A stretch of DNA of 64,000 nt from Selaginella moellendorffii (taxonomy: Eukaryota; Plantae; Lycopodiophyta): positions 456,463 to 520,462 of the forward strand of contig NW_003314266.1 of assembly GCF_000143415.4 (NCBI RefSeq). Direction: 5' to 3'. Numbering within the stretch: the stretch's first letter is position 1; every line of letters starts with the position of its first letter. This document shows positions 49,308-63,760 of the stretch, piece after piece. The notes beneath the pieces are model-generated. The model was not told the origin of the DNA, ran no database searches, and worked only from the letters and a program-made list of their open reading frames with translations. Both the position numbers and the translations under genes were made by a program.

Positions 49308-50330
49308 AAAAGCCCAACTTCCGTGCCACTCAAGCCGAGAATCTAGAATGGGAAAAGCTACACGACGAGACGAGTACTGTATACCACAACAAAACACCGA
49401 GGTGAGCCACCACCGCTCACAGAAGTTCTTCTCGTCCTGGTTCTTCGCGATCTAATCCATCGTCCTGTGCGCTACTCCAGGTGTTGGTGACCAAAGCGAG
49501 CGTCGTGTTTTGACGTGCTTGCTTGGCTTGCCTGGTGCTCGGCCTGTGTGACACTTGGATTGGACGGGAAGACTAATAATTCTTCTCGAATTCCCAGGAA
49601 GGAAAGCTTACAAGTGTGTGGAGCGAGCGATAGGGGGCGTCAGAGACGAACACGAGGACACCATTTTAGTTTATCTCGTTAACGTAACGCAGGACGTGGG
49701 CCGTTGGATTGCATTGATCGATACCGTTGGGAGGGCATATTCGCCTCTGTTGTGTTGGTATGCAAAACTTCGTGTGTCTGGAATTTTTCCACTTGATTTC
49801 TTAGGGCAGCCTAGGGCTGGGGATTTCTTTGCGTGGTGGGGCGGGGGGGAGCGATCCGGCGAGGGCAAGATTTTACGGCAACTTGCCCCACTTGCTACTG
49901 TCGATCCAATCATTCTCGCGGCGCCTTCGTTCCCATCGCTCTCTCCTCTCCTGGCGGCCGCGCTTGCCCTATAATTTTTCCTGCTCTTGCGAAATCTAGC
50001 GCGGTCCCAATGCGGTCGTGCCGCCTCCCTATCCTACTGTAGCTGATCTGATCGCGAGGGAGTGCTAGTACTGGATTGAAATGACCTAGAGCGCGAGCGT
50101 GAGCCATTCGATCGCCAGGTGGGGACGCGGTGCGGGGTGCTAAGTGTAAATTTCCAGGAGTAGCGTGTTGGGTTTGTACAGTTTAGTCTGTCGCTTTGTG
50201 ATAGAGACCGGGTTCCAGAAAGGAAGGAAAGGGGAGGAGAAAGAAAAAAATAGGAAAAGCCAGCGAGTAGAGGGCTCTTTCTCTTCTCTCTCGGCTCCTC
50301 GACCTAGAGTTCTTTCGTGGCCTGGGAGAT

Positions 50331-50550
50331 ATGGACAAGGAGAGATATGAGCTGGTGAGAGATTTGGGGTCTGGGAATTTCGGTGTCGCGAGGCTGATGC
50401 GGGATAAGCGAACTCGGGAGCTCGTTGCTGTCAAGTTCATCGAGCGCGGCGAGAAGGTATGGTGATTTTCTTCTGTGATTCTCTGTGTGTTTGTGGGCAA
50501 GAATGTGGCAAAGTTTGGTTTTTTTTTCTTTGCTGGGTTTTTTCTTACCT

Positions 50551-50583
<33 letters not shown>

Positions 50584-51965
50584 TGTCCAGATTGACGAGA
50601 ATGTACAGCGAGAGATCATCAATCACCGCTCCTTGCGGCACCCAAACATTGTCCAATTCAAAGAGGCAAGTTTTGTGACTGCTATTCTGGGTTTGCTTAA
50701 CATTTTTTTCTTGTTGGATCTGATGAACAGGTGATGCTCACACCGACTCACTTGGCCATTATCATGGAGTATGCCGCCGGTGGCGAGCTTTTCGAGCGGA
50801 TTTGCAATGCTGGGAGGTTCACGGAGGACGAGGTGAGCCTCATCTTGTTCACAGGACAAAAAATCCTGACGACATGGTTCCTCGGTGTCGCTCTGTGCAG
50901 GCTAGATACTTTTTCCAACAGCTCATCTCCGGTGTCAGCTATTGCCACGCTAGTGTGAGTATTTTTCTTTTTCCTTTACTTTCGTTTTGTTTTTTCCACT
51001 TATCCCTGGAAAGCATGGGTTTACTGACCAACTTTCCTATTGCTCAGGAAATATGTCACCGCGACTTAAAGCTGGAGAACACGTTGCTTGACGGGAGCCC
51101 TGCTCCGAGGCTGAAGATTTGTGATTTCGGGTATTCGAAGGTAGGCCTGCTGTTTTTTAGCGTGAGTGGCAGGTCACTCGTTTTCACTCGCTTTATAAGT
51201 ATGGGCCTTCTTACGTTTTCCCTGTGAACTTTTACCTTGCAGTCCGCTTTACTCCACTCGCAGCCCAAATCCACTGTTGGCACGCCAGCTTACATTGCTC
51301 CAGAGGTCCTTTCGAGAAAAGAATACGATGGAAAGGTATGTTCAAATCTGGTGGTGGCCGTGTTTGATTGGGATTGACTTAATTAATCCGCTAAGCAGCT
51401 TTCGGACGTATGGTCGTGCGGTGTGACGCTATATGTCATGCTCGTCGGCTCTTATCCCTTCGAAGATTCAGCAGACCCCAGAAATTTCAGGAAAACTATT
51501 CAAGTAAGAGTAACTCTCCAAACGGCTGTCACTTGTTCTGATTGCTCTCTCTTTGTGATGCCCACAGCGAATCCTTAACGTTCAGTACACTATTCCAGAT
51601 TATGTCCGGGTATCTCAAGAGTGCCGGCACCTGTTGTCCAGGATTTTTGTTGCAACACCCGCGAAGGTATGTCATTGTTCTTGGCCGTTGTCATTCATTT
51701 CTGTTATGGGTTGCAGCGGATCACGATTTCAGAGATAAAGAAGCATCCTTGGTTCTTGAAGAACTTGCCGGTGGAGCTGCTACAGGAGGCTGACCCGACT
51801 CGTCCGATCGACGAGTCGTCCTACTCGCAGAGTGTGGAAGATATAATGAGGATCATCCAAGAAGCCAGGACTCGAGGAGCTGCGCAGTCGCTGGACGCGT
51901 ACGACATGGAGATGGACAACGAGTTGGATTTGGATGTAGACGGAAGTGGTGGTGATTTCCTGTGA
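50331..51965 (+). CDS. SnRK2: SnRK2-family Ser/Thr kinase (SAPK/OST1-like), 9 exons
   Basis: [84 protein letters not shown] box, and an acidic C-tail. Confidence 0.95.
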
Positions 51966-52242
51966 TTTGTCAGGCTAAAACTGGCTCCTAATAATTACAA
52001 TGTCGGTTGTATATAATTCTGTTTAAAAGAAAATTCTTAAACTTTCAAATGCTATTAATTATAAATAATTCATCCGTATATTGGCATATTTTATCATCTG
52101 ATATTCAATTGGATTAATATTGAAGTATATTTTTTAAACAATATATCAATCTGCCACTCACTTAAAAACAAGGAGCTAGGAATGCTCAATAATAACGTGG
52201 TATTGTTGCAATTGCAAGACCACACAATAGTAGGAATGGATA

Positions 52243-53408
52243 CACCATTTTCTTGAAAAGTGTAATTTTTCAGCATAGTCAAATATGCTTAAGAGGGAAG
52301 TGCCATTGAAACTGCTTATCCTGCCACCATGCAATGTAAGGATGTGGGATGTACACTCTCAACATACAGTTCCTGGCCGGTAGGGGAGTGAGCCTCTTGT
52401 GGTTGTGGAGTCTATCACGTAGACATGCCATGAAACCTTAGCAGTCGATAACAACACCAAACACAATGCCAAGACCTTTGGACCACACACCTTGCATTTG
52501 CTGAAGTAACAGTCACGATAGTGCCACTCAGACTCTTCGGATGAGATCCAGCACTTCAGTCCCCGCTAAAAAGAACCAGGCATATTGAATTTGACAAGGG
52601 ATTGCTGAAACCTCTTGCAGGTTGATAGCTGTCCCAGATTGCTGGAATTGGATTCCAATGTCTGTCATCTCCAACTCTCGGAATCCTGCACTTACCTTGA
52701 GCATAGTGTTGTTAAGCAAATCCGCCTTCCACTTATCACCATGATGAGATTGTTCCAGTCATGGCTGACGATCCCGAAGAACTTGTCATCGGCTTGGATC
52801 AACCATAATCTGGTTGTTCTATCTCATTGAGACCACATTGCACACAGATCTCGTGGAGGCTGGAAGAAGGCATGGGTGCTGGTGGGTGCTGGCCATGGAG
52901 AATATCCAGACCTCTTTCCCCGACAGTGTCTCAGATCATATGTCTTCATCCCATGGCAACAATGCTGGTAATTCTCATGGCTATCTTCGTCTTTGCGTGC
53001 TCGGGTGCTATCTGACATGCTCCAGGACGCTGTGCAAGCCTATGGCAGGCCGAGGAGTTCAAGTCGGGGTCTTTTCTAGTTACAAAAGAGGTAAGCTCAG
53101 GCTCAAGCTCAAAATGGTTTCCACAACTAATTCCGGCTATGCGGAATCACGAGCAAGAGTATCACATCACGATGCTCTTGTCTTCATTCGAACGTGACTA
53201 TAATATGGCAAGGGTCTGTAGAAGACCAACGAATCGATGGACTTATGTGAGGTCCTCCCCATACTTCTTGCTAATTTTTGCAAAGTGGTGGTGGAGTGGC
53301 TCCTGATTGCTCCAAAAACGCTACCTCAAGATCAGAATGTCCCCGTTCGTGGTGGTGAACGACAACGAAATGCACCACAGAGGTTCTTAAGGTCCACGAC
53401 CTCGAGTT
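52243..53408. repeat. Scrambled duplicate of 58140-58987 (unidentified gene relic)
   Basis: 52243-52800 is inverted relative to 58470-58987. 53140-53408 is direct relative to 58140-58470. Confidence 0.75.
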
Positions 53409-56400
53409 AGTTGAATTATCCACTCTATATGACTGGGCATTAATGAAGGTATTGAAATTTTCAACAGGTCCCCAATCCCTATATCCACCTCTCAATAGAT
53501 GTGTATATAGACATGTTCTATAAGGATGACAAGGTTGTGGAAGTTCTTGCACCACCACCACCTTTGCTGTCACCAAGTCGAAAGGTAAATCTAAAATTTT
53601 GTTTGCACCTCTTATAATCTTTCATTCAGTACCTTTCATTACAATTTAAAGCTTATCAGTTTTCATTCATGGTCAATGTAATCACACACTTTGGCAACAA
53701 AAGCTTTGTGGCACTATAAATCTCAATCTAAATGAAGGATAATATACTTCGAGTGATTATTAAAAATATAAATTGGTTAATAAGAATTAATGTCTCTAGC
53801 TAATAACAATATTATTATGAAAAATTCCAATTTTATGCATTTATGGGTTAGGTGAAACAAAGCTATTTCTCTCTCTTTCTAAGACATTTAATTGTACAGC
53901 TTATTTTATTAGATTTTGATACCATTTGCTCCTAAGCTAAGGTTTTTAGGTTAATTGAATCCATATTCCATTCTTACATTGATAAAGATGAAGGGAAATT
54001 TTGATTGTTTTTGAAGAGTGTTTGGATGTGTGTTTTTTTAAAATCTACTTTTTGCATTGTCTAGATTATTTTATAACTTTTCATTTCTTCTCTTTTGCTT
54101 TATATTTTTTTTTTATTCATCTTCATAATAGAATAGTATATTCTTTTTCTGACTCTAGAGCAACAATTGGTGCAATTGTTTAATGTTATTTACTATAGTT
54201 GACCAATTAGATTTAATTGATGGCAATGTTTATAATGCATGGTGCAACTCCTCATGCTCTTGCGATCAATCCTTGTGTTTGATTGGATTTCGTTTATAGG
54301 AATCCTAGGGATGATGTATACTATACTATTGACTCAATCAATTTACAATGATTGCCATCTATTATTTTTGGAATGATGTTCTACATCCATATAAGCTTCC
54401 TAAATGTATCTAAGGGATGGCATTATAGTGATATAATGGTTTAATGGATTAAAGCATTTTTTTAGACATCAAGTACATATTTCGATATACTAATGATTGT
54501 GAAGATCCCTTACTCTTATTCAGATGCTATAATTATACAATTTAGTGTTTATTTCTGAAATCTCTTCCTTTATGCAGAGCTAAATAGAATGGATCAAGTT
54601 GAATATATTATAGCTAACACTTTATCAAAATTTATAAAACTTGTGTATATATTTACCATAGTCACCTTTCATGACACTCTTTGACTAGCATAATGCTATA
54701 AAATATCACATGCATATATTTTAGCTCCACTTATCGTGAGAGATGCTCTTATTTTTTACACTATTACTATTAAGGATGAAGGTTCACTGTTGGGTATATA
54801 ATGAGAAGCCACACATATTAGTGTTGTTGGCATTTCCCAAATTAGTATCCTCTATTTTCTAGTTGAAGGCCTTAGCATGAACAATGTTTTATTGATGCTG
54901 TTAGAGTGGAAGGTCTTAACACTAATATTCTTTTGGAAAATGAGGAATCACATAAATAATGGAAGGATTTTGCATAAATAAGTTAGTGATCTCTTTATTC
55001 TTCTTTTGACCATCAAAGGGTTCATTTAACATTAGCTCATCTAATATTCACTTTTTAAGCTCAACTATATAATAAAAGATTTTCTATTATCCTCTCTATA
55101 TTTTATATTAGTTGATATGGATTCAAGTTTATCTTTTATTACTTAATATGTTGTCATACATTGACATCTATACTTACATCCTGCAGCAAAATTAATTTGT
55201 AAGCAACCAGATTTTTGCCTTTAACCACTTGACCATAGATTTACATCCCAACTTAGGGAATTTATTAACCCTAGAGATAATCTCAAAGCCACTTTGACTT
55301 CACGTTTGGTCCAAATGCTTTATGTGTCCAATCCCACTTTAGACACCCAAAAGTACCACCAAAATACTAACATTTTTGGGATATTTAGGGTTAAGTGTCC
55401 TTGAATTAAATTTGAGTGACTTTTTAAGAAGTCTAAATTTAAGAGGTTATAATATAGCCTTAACATAGACTTATACAAAAGTGCACTTTTAGCATTTAGG
55501 ATCGAAATGAGACTAACATAAAGGGTATGATAGCGAAAGTGTTTGACGAAAATGGTAAGCTATCATATAATGATATTGAGGGACTAGACTCAATATCGAG
55601 GGGGTTCCGAACACTAGCAAGTGTAAATCAGCGAATGAGTTTCTTTAACCATGTCAAGTATGGTTGACAAATAACATGTAAGAATTCCATCCTTATGCTC
55701 ATTTGGTCAAATATTTAATTTCTCAATTAGCTTGGGTGGAGACTATAAAAGGGATCAGTAGTACCGACTTCTTGCCGTTGTGGCAGTAAGGAAAGCGTGG
55801 TTGTAAGAACTGGCCGACAAGTATCTTTCGATACCTGAAATCACATTTGCGACAGCCTCAAATTCAATCTCGGACTCAATCCCAACATTTTCACGTGTCA
55901 CAACACTTGCTATATATTGGTCCTTCTCATATCCCTTTTTAAAAACTCATTTATCAATCACTTCGTACTTGTTCCTCAAGTATTTCTTTAGGAGTTCCAT
56001 TTCTACTCTTGTCTTTTTAAGTTGCAAATTTTGGTTTATGTTCATTAAACTTCTACTTCAGCCATTGTCATGTGGCACACTTTCAACTCCACTTTAAAGC
56101 TTAAGGATTTATGTATTATAACTCCACCACTCATAGACAAAGTTCACCCTAGTTCATCCTTAATAAGTTTCACTAGTATTTACTATTGGAAGCCCACTCT
56201 CACAAAAGCTTTCTAAATCTATCAAAGAGACTCAATTTGAGAAAAAAAGCTGTAAACTTGTTGTGAAATTATTGTTACTAGTTTCACCCTTCAGCTCTCT
56301 ACATACAAGTTCCTCACATTTTTGCACTTCCCTATCATTTGATCAATCATTTACAATAATACCTACATGCTTGTACTTCAAAATGTTGGTCTTCTTGATT

Positions 56401-56764
56401 AGGTGGCATTGTTGTGAATGCCTCTATTGCTGCTGGAGAAGCCATGGAGGGGTGATTGCTGGAGGATACTGGACCTGGAGGCTAGGACATGACATGGAGG
56501 GGTCCACATGCCATGTGTACTCCATCATCCAATATGTCCTGGTCAGTGTTGATGTGGCATGCCACTCATTTGCAATGTTGCCCAAAATTGAAAAAGGCAC
56601 ACACCAAGTGTGTGATTTCTTAGGTGGAGCAGATGATAATGAATGGTAGTCTCAAATCTTGGCTGAAAAAATAAACATTCAATACATGCTGGAATTTGCA
56701 ACAATGCTCTACTATGCATTCCTTGTTAAATTAGAGACGCTGATGTTACTGTTTTCACACTAGT

Positions 56765-57872
56765 ATGGAGGCTATTGTTTCATTGAGCAAGATCCATGCA
56801 GTAGAGCATTTGCTGAGCCTCAAGAGCTACTCTCCCCCTCAAATCCTCCTTGCCCATCCCGTCAAGTGTCACCCCGACTACACCTCGATCTCCAAGGAAT
56901 CGGACGAATGGATCTTCAGCTACCTGGGCGTCACAAGCCCGGAACACAAGAAGCGCCTAGCGCAGTGGAGGATCCCAACCTTCGCCGCCTTCCTGACGCC
57001 CCCCAGCAGCCCCAAGAGGCGCACGCTTTTGGGCGGCAAATTTACTGCGCTGGATGATCAGCTGGACGAGAGCAAGATCTCCCAAGCTGGGCGGAGCTCC
57101 CAGTGCAGGGACGCCATCTTGAGCATTTTCTCCGGCAGAAGCGATTACCCGGCCATACTCCCGGCGGAGGTTCCTCTTCTCCTGCGAGGAGCTCATGCCG
57201 GAAATCCGCTCCTTCATGCTTCCGCCCACTCTCAATTCGCTTCCTTGCTTACACCAAGCAGTGGTCCCAGACTTTCGATGCTGGCTATGAGAGCACACAA
57301 GTGTTCAAGGAGCTAAGGAGGGACAACGTTTGGATAACCCCATACTTCCCGATGATCGAGATGTTCCTGGGATTGGGTCTTGGGGACGATGTGGCCGGGT
57401 CCAAGGATTTCCTCGCCGCTCAGGACGCAATATCGGACCATGCCTGGATGGTGAACGACCTCTTCTCTTTCGCCAAAGAGTTCCGGGACGAGAAAAAGCT
57501 CAGTAACATTCTGTCCGTGAGCTTGCTCATGGATTCGTGCGTGCACACCATCCAGGACGCCATTGATCTTGTGTGTGCCGAGTTGCAAGTAAAGGAGGAG
57601 GAGTTTCTCTACCACCACGGGATCCTTGTCAAGCGAGCCCAAGCAGGGAACAACCAAGATCTCCTAAGGTACCTAGAGGCAATCCTTGCCGTGATCCCAG
57701 GTAAATTTCCATCTGTCCATCAATTTATCACTCTTCTCATTCTCTTAGGTATTGCACTTTTCACTGGCGCGTTACCACGGATACAATAATCCATGTGTAA
57801 ATGGAGAAGCATGGCATGGTAAAGTTATATTGCAACCAAATACTCTCGGGCCACCACCAAAGCTGACATATA
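56765..57872 (+). pseudogene. Microbial-type terpene synthase (MTPSL), frameshifted
   Basis: LDDQLDE (DDxxD), NDLFSFAKE (NSE) and RYHG. Reading frame broken around 57180-57240. Confidence 0.85.
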
Positions 57873-60800
57873 AAATGCGTTTTCGTAAAAAACAAAAATA
57901 AGTCGAGTATTCTTAAGGATCGTATTTAGGACTCATTTGCTCTGGGTCTCTGGCACAGAAAGCTGTGCAGACTCGAGAAATGGGTGTTTTGAGCATTGGA
58001 ACTCTTATATATTGCAGTCCTCATGCAGCACACACAAGAAATCTCCACAGATCCAATATATGGCGTGGATCTCGTCCAGCCACAAGTCTCATCAGTCACT
58101 TTATTTTTCCCATGCAAACTGACGTGATATGCTTTTCTAGATGGAATCACGACATCACGGCCTAGAACGTGACTATAATATGGCAAGGGCCTGTACACCC
58201 AAACCAACGAATCTATGGACTTATGTGCGGCCTTGCTCGTCTTTGGCATTGGCTGGATCACACTATTACTCCTCGTCTGGAGAATTCAATCCCCCCAGTG
58301 GCAGGTCCTCCCCATACATCTTGCTGCTTTTTGCAAAGTGGTGGTGGAGTGGCTCCTTGAGGGAGAAGATTGCTCCAAAAATGCCACCTCAAGATCAGAA
58401 TGGCCCCTTTGTGGTGCCGAACGACAACGAAATGCACCACAGAGGTTCTTAAGGCCCATGACCTCGAGTTTCCAAGCCGACGACAAGTTCTTCGGGGTCA
58501 TCAGCCACAACTGGAACAATCTCATTATTGCCCATATGTGATAAGTGGAAGGCAGATTTGCTTAACAACACTATGCTCAAGGTAAGTGCAGGATTTTGAG
58601 AGTTGGAGATGACAGACAGTGGAATCCAATTCCAGCAATCTGGGACAGCTATCAACCTGCAAGAGGGCTGAAACGCAATGATCGCGAGCTGGTCGCATCA
58701 TCCGGTCCTTCGAGACCTTTCAAGCAAATGCAAGGTATATGGTCCAAAGGTCTTGGCATTATTTTTACCTATAGACTGCTAAGGTTTCATGGCATGTCTA
58801 CGTGATGGACTCCACAACCACAAGAGGCTCACACCACTACTGGCCAGGAATTGTATGTTGAGAGTGTGCATCCCACATCCTTACATTGCACGGTGGCAGG
58901 ACAAGCAGTTTCAATGGCTCAAGACCAACTTCCCTCTTAAGCATATTTGACTATGCTCAAAATTACACTTTTCAAGAAAATGGTGTAGGCTGCAGTGCAC
59001 AATCTTTGTAGTGATCATGTTCATCGCAGCAGTTGCAGTCGACTTTTGTATTTCATCGCCTTTGCCTGTTTGGGTCGATGATGCCCTAGATCTGGTTACT
59101 GTACTTCATCCACATGAGCATGCCCCACTGATTCTCATTCACAGTCTTTGAGAGATTCTTGGATCCAAACTGTACAACACAGCTAAACAAAGTGTCTCCC
59201 TTTGAACTTGGCTCTGCCTAGAGCACCTTTTGCTATGTCTGGAAGCTGTGCATAACCTCGACACTAGTCTTTGAGTTCAAGAAATTGAAGAAAAACTTGT
59301 TCTTAAACTGACTAGTAGGGCCATCACTTCATCAATGTTGGTAGAATTCCCCCCCCCCCTTCATCCATGCAATGCCCCATGAAGTGAGTGTTGTGCTTCT
59401 TCAAAGAAGTGCATCTCTTTAAGCATCTTTGCACTACTTCATGGGCCTCCAGCTGGTCAGCAAAAACAATTCCAAGTCTGCAAAGCTTCAGAACATTAGA
59501 TGCCGACACTTCAGCAGCTTCTATGATGCCTGTCTTGAGAAGGTGCTGGGAATGCCGATCATGCTGGTATATGGAAGACCAAGCAAATTGTGAGTGACTT
59601 GATCTGAACGCACGCCATGAATTTGGTATAGCAGGTGATATTAGTTTTCCACCTTTGGGCTCATTCGTTCAGCCCTGAGACACTTTTGTCGTTCTACCAG
59701 GGCCAGAGGATGAGGGGGATAGTGCTGGAATCTTACAAAGGTTCTTCAAGCTTTATATTACGAGAGTGCCTTGTTTATGGATCAACACTATGTGTTACTC
59801 ATGGAAGTGGATCCATGCTTCATTGCAACAGATTTGGTTTGTGTGCCATTGATAATTATCTGAAGTCATGGATCATGACAGATGGGTCTTTTTCTCCATT
59901 GATCACAATCAGCATATTGAGATATTATAGGCAACAGCTCAGTCCCAAGGTGAAGTAGTTTACTTCAGACTTATAATTTATTCAAGAGAATTTAGCTGGG
60001 TTTTCTTTTAATAGGAAGAATGTGCTCAACAAGTACCTTCTAATGCAGCGTCTAGCATTCTAGCATCGCCCTCAAATACTTCAGATGAAATCATTCTTGA
60101 GCTAGCTTGAAGCCTTGCCAATCTTACCAATCTTGCAGTAAGCAGGGAAAACTGATGAAAAGTAGTAGAGTTTTATAATATATTGCACTAATAACTTAAG
60201 TCTTGTGTAAGGCTAGAAGATTTAGTTCATGACAAAATCATGAGAGAGCTTAGACGACGGTTTACAGATGAACTTATCATTTGGAGTTTTCAATGATAAA
60301 CTCTTTGCTAGTGCTAGAGTTTTGGACTTCTGGAGTGATTTTTACATAACTCCCTAGTGGATGTGTTTGTTGGAAGGCCATGGCTCTTTTTGTCCTTCCA
60401 ATTTGGTTGAGCCTGACATAAGCCTTCATCCTTGGATCCTAACCCTTTCAACCTTTGTACTCTTCGAGACATTGCAACCATTACTGCCAACTCAGTCCTT
60501 GGTAATTCCTCCTTCATCTAATGGCTGTCCAATTTCTTGTGGCTGGTGTGTGGGCTTGCGCTACTTGAGCTGCCCGAGTAGGTGTTACTGAGATTTTGCT
60601 TCCACGCAGCAGATCGTGCTTGAGCGTTGTGAAGGAAATCATACCTGCATTTCAATGCAGCAACCTATTTTGGTTTCTCCCCCAATGTGTAGTATAAACC
60701 AGCAAACCAAACCACAAACTTACAAGCGAGCTGCATTTCCATTGCACAGAAGACTGCCTCGCGCTCTGTCTAATGATGCTTATTTACATGCAGTCTTTTG

Positions 60801-61243
60801 AAGATAGCTGGCTGAACATTGTGCCATGTTATAAGCTTCCCAACTCGTCACTGAAACCGCCAAAACAATCTGAGCTTCAGTTTACTGATTTGGTTAACGT
60901 AACCTTAGAAATCAACCATGCTTCTTACGAAACTTCGCTCAATGGTCAAGCGATGAGGTCTTGTGTCACACTTCAAATGCAAATGTGTCAAGATCTAGTT
61001 TGACCATAGCCCTGACAACGTGTGCACAGTGTCGCCTTCCTCCAGCTTTTTGTCTTGTGGTGCGAAACATTCGATAGGATTTGTCGCCCTATATTCGCAA
61101 TAGCTGGTAGATCATGGAGCTAAAGTCTTTTCACGTTCAATGTGCTCATATAGAAAATACTTAATTGCGATGCGAACAAAAGTGCGCTCTAGATTTTCAA
61201 AAGTTGTGATGTAACCCAAGGACTTCGCTTGCAACCCCCCCGC

Positions 61244-61251
61244 TATATAAA
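61244..61251 (+). promoter_or_regulatory. TATA box of the hevein-like gene
   Basis: TATATAAA ~75 bp upstream of the ATG at 61321. Confidence 0.6.
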
Positions 61252-61320
61252 GGTACCCTGCCGCTCCATTCAATCAAACACTGCTCAGCTCTATCATTAG
61301 TTAAAGTGCTACTGTTTGCA

Positions 61321-61557
61321 ATGGCGTCCCTTCGTGCTTTCGCTGCTTTCTTCTTGTGCACGTTCGTTGTTGCAATGGTGGAGCACACGAATGTGGTGGA
61401 AGCTCAGGCAGCGTGTGGAAACCGTCCCTGTTGCGGTCGTCAGGGTGGCAGAGCCTCCTGCAACCGGGGCCTGTGCTGCAGCCATTTTGGCTACTGCGGA
61501 TCGACATCTGCTTTCTGTGGCGTGGGCTGCCAGCGCGGCTATGGGAGATGCAACTAA
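61321..61557 (+). CDS. Secreted hevein-like chitin-binding peptide, 10 Cys, 78 aa
   Basis: Signal peptide followed by ACGNRPCCGRQGGRASCNRGLCCSHFGYCGSTSAFCGVGCQRGYGRCN. Confidence 0.92.
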   Translation: MASLRAFAAFFLCTFVVAMVEHTNVVEAQAACGNRPCCGRQGGRASCNRGLCCSHFGYCGSTSAFCGVGCQRGYGRCN

Positions 61558-62299
61558 ATATTCCATCTAATGTGCTAGACACTTGCAACATGAAAGTTGC
61601 GAGTAATATATAAATAAGCACTGGTGTCCCCTATTGTCTTTTGTTATATATGATGTAATGTTTGCTAAGTTACCAAGCTGAACGCATTAAGAATCTCATC
61701 CAATGCAATCTCCTTCATCATGATGCCCAATACATTGCAGGTTAGTAAGGTGGATTCCTTTTACTGCATGGAATAGCTTTTTTTAGAAGCCACACTTTTT
61801 CCCTTGGCTTGGCATTCAAATACAGGAGCGGCCTTCAAAGCGACATCCTCTCTTTTGCATCGGCTGTTTTTTAAGGCAGACTGTAAGAATTTATAGTGTT
61901 CATGGTCATAACTTGTTACGTGGCACTTTCCAGGAACATCAGCATTTTTTAGCACATATGAGCATCACTATCTCACTAACTCATCTTATAGCTGCACAGC
62001 TAAGAGATGAGCTAGTGCAACAGAAGTCTTACACAAAAACGTGCAATAGAAAGGTGAATCAAGACTCAAGAATCTAAGCAGCATTGAAGCCATGATCACA
62101 AGACAAACATTCATTTGTTTTAGATTCTTACAGCTTCCTCACTTCAGGAAGATCCTCTAGATGTTCTGGCTGCTGATATCATGAAGTGAGGTGAGGTGAT
62201 ATTGCTTCTGAAATTGGGTTGGTGGTGAAAATATTATGTAGGGCAACACAAAAATACTTACTTACATATGCCCAGCACGAGCTCGTACAGTCTCCGCCG

Positions 62300-63760
62300 T
62301 GTCGTCTCAGCTTGCCCTCCTGGATTTTTCCGTTTTTGGAGTCGATCAGCTGATACGTTTCGTTGATGCGCTTGTTGTTCACCACGTCCGCCAGGTTGAT
62401 GTCTGTGTATCCCAGGTGTTCCTGTAGTAAAGCTGACTTAGACACGGCTCGCAGAAGTGACAATTTGATAGAAAAAGTCCAGACTTACGCGCAGGTGGAC
62501 ACCAATCCCCATTGCTGTACTTATGACTTCCACTCGCAAGCGGTCTCCACTGGTGGTTCCGGCAGACGATGTTGGAACTCTTGATCCCATCGGGGATCTC
62601 GGTTCTTCTTAATAGCCTAATAAATAAACGAACGTGTCAGGAACATACAGGAGAGCTCTGCACACTACACACAAACCTTCGCCTTTTTCTGCTCCCCTCT
62701 GAATGTCAGCTTCACATATGGATTCGTGTGATGCTTGCCTTCCAGGTCCTCAGCATCACAACGAGCAAACCACCGCCTTCGGGGGTGCCTTCGGGAGCTT
62801 TCTCGACGCCATTAGCGTCCTCGTCCTCAATAGGAATATCCTGATCCTCCTTGAAGGCTTTGTTCGATTGTAAGTTGACCCCGAGGCTTTTGATTTGCTG
62901 GATCGTATACTTTTCACCAAGGCCAGTGTCACGGTCTTCGTTTCACCCGGAACGGTGCCCTTGAGAGGAACGACTTGCATACCCAGCTTGTCATGTGCAA
63001 AAGTACACGTGAGCTCGCCGATGGACGTGAAACAAAACCGTGTACCTTCTCCCAGTCATAAACATATAGCTCGAGAGATTGAGATTCTGGATCCAATACA
63101 AGCATGTCGTTCCATTCATTTTGACGGTGGATTTCTTCTTGGCAAACGGTCCCTGGCCAAGGACCGGCCTCTCGTATGGATCAGACTTCCTCATGAGATT
63201 TTTCTTCTTGAGGTCAGTGGGCTTGACAACCTTGACTTCCAGCATTCCAACAGGTTTCTTAGCCGCTCTGAGAGATTTTAGTGATTACATATGACTTCAC
63301 TCCACGCAAAGACTTACTCTGGATCATCTATAACGTTGATTTCCGTCTTGGGCCACAAATACATTTCCGAAACTTTATCCTTGATCAAGTCCTGCAAAAT
63401 CAGCTCTGTCAGTACAAACAAAGACTGCACGTTGCGTTACAACAAACCTGGACAAAAGCATAAAGGCCTGGAATCGCCATTAAGTCTCCGCCGAGAAGTT
63501 TCAAACCAAAATCCACATGAGGCTGGCAAACACATGATGTCAACGAAACAAACCTTCTCCATTAGAGAGACTATGATCTTGCAGAAGCAGGGAAATGCAG
63601 GAGCAAGAGGTTTCAACGTAACGCGTGCGGTGGCGAATACTTGCAAGTCTACAACCTGAAGAAAATCCTCAAAACTCCGAATAGAAAACTAATAAAAACC
63701 ACCAACCTGGACAGTCGCTCTGAGACCGAAGGCCTTCACTGCTACAAGAATATTTCCCAT
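62300..63760 (-). pseudogene. Plant synaptotagmin (SMP + C2 domains), degraded
   Basis: QVFATARVTLKPLAPAFPCF, DFGLKLLGGDLMAIPGLY, KPVGMLEVKVV, KSDPY, HLGYTDINLADVVNNKRINETYQLIDSKNGKIQ. Deletions and frameshifts. Confidence 0.85.

Noticed and set aside
58990-60600. Possible gene fragments
   Set aside because: Short interrupted frames with no family I can recognise.
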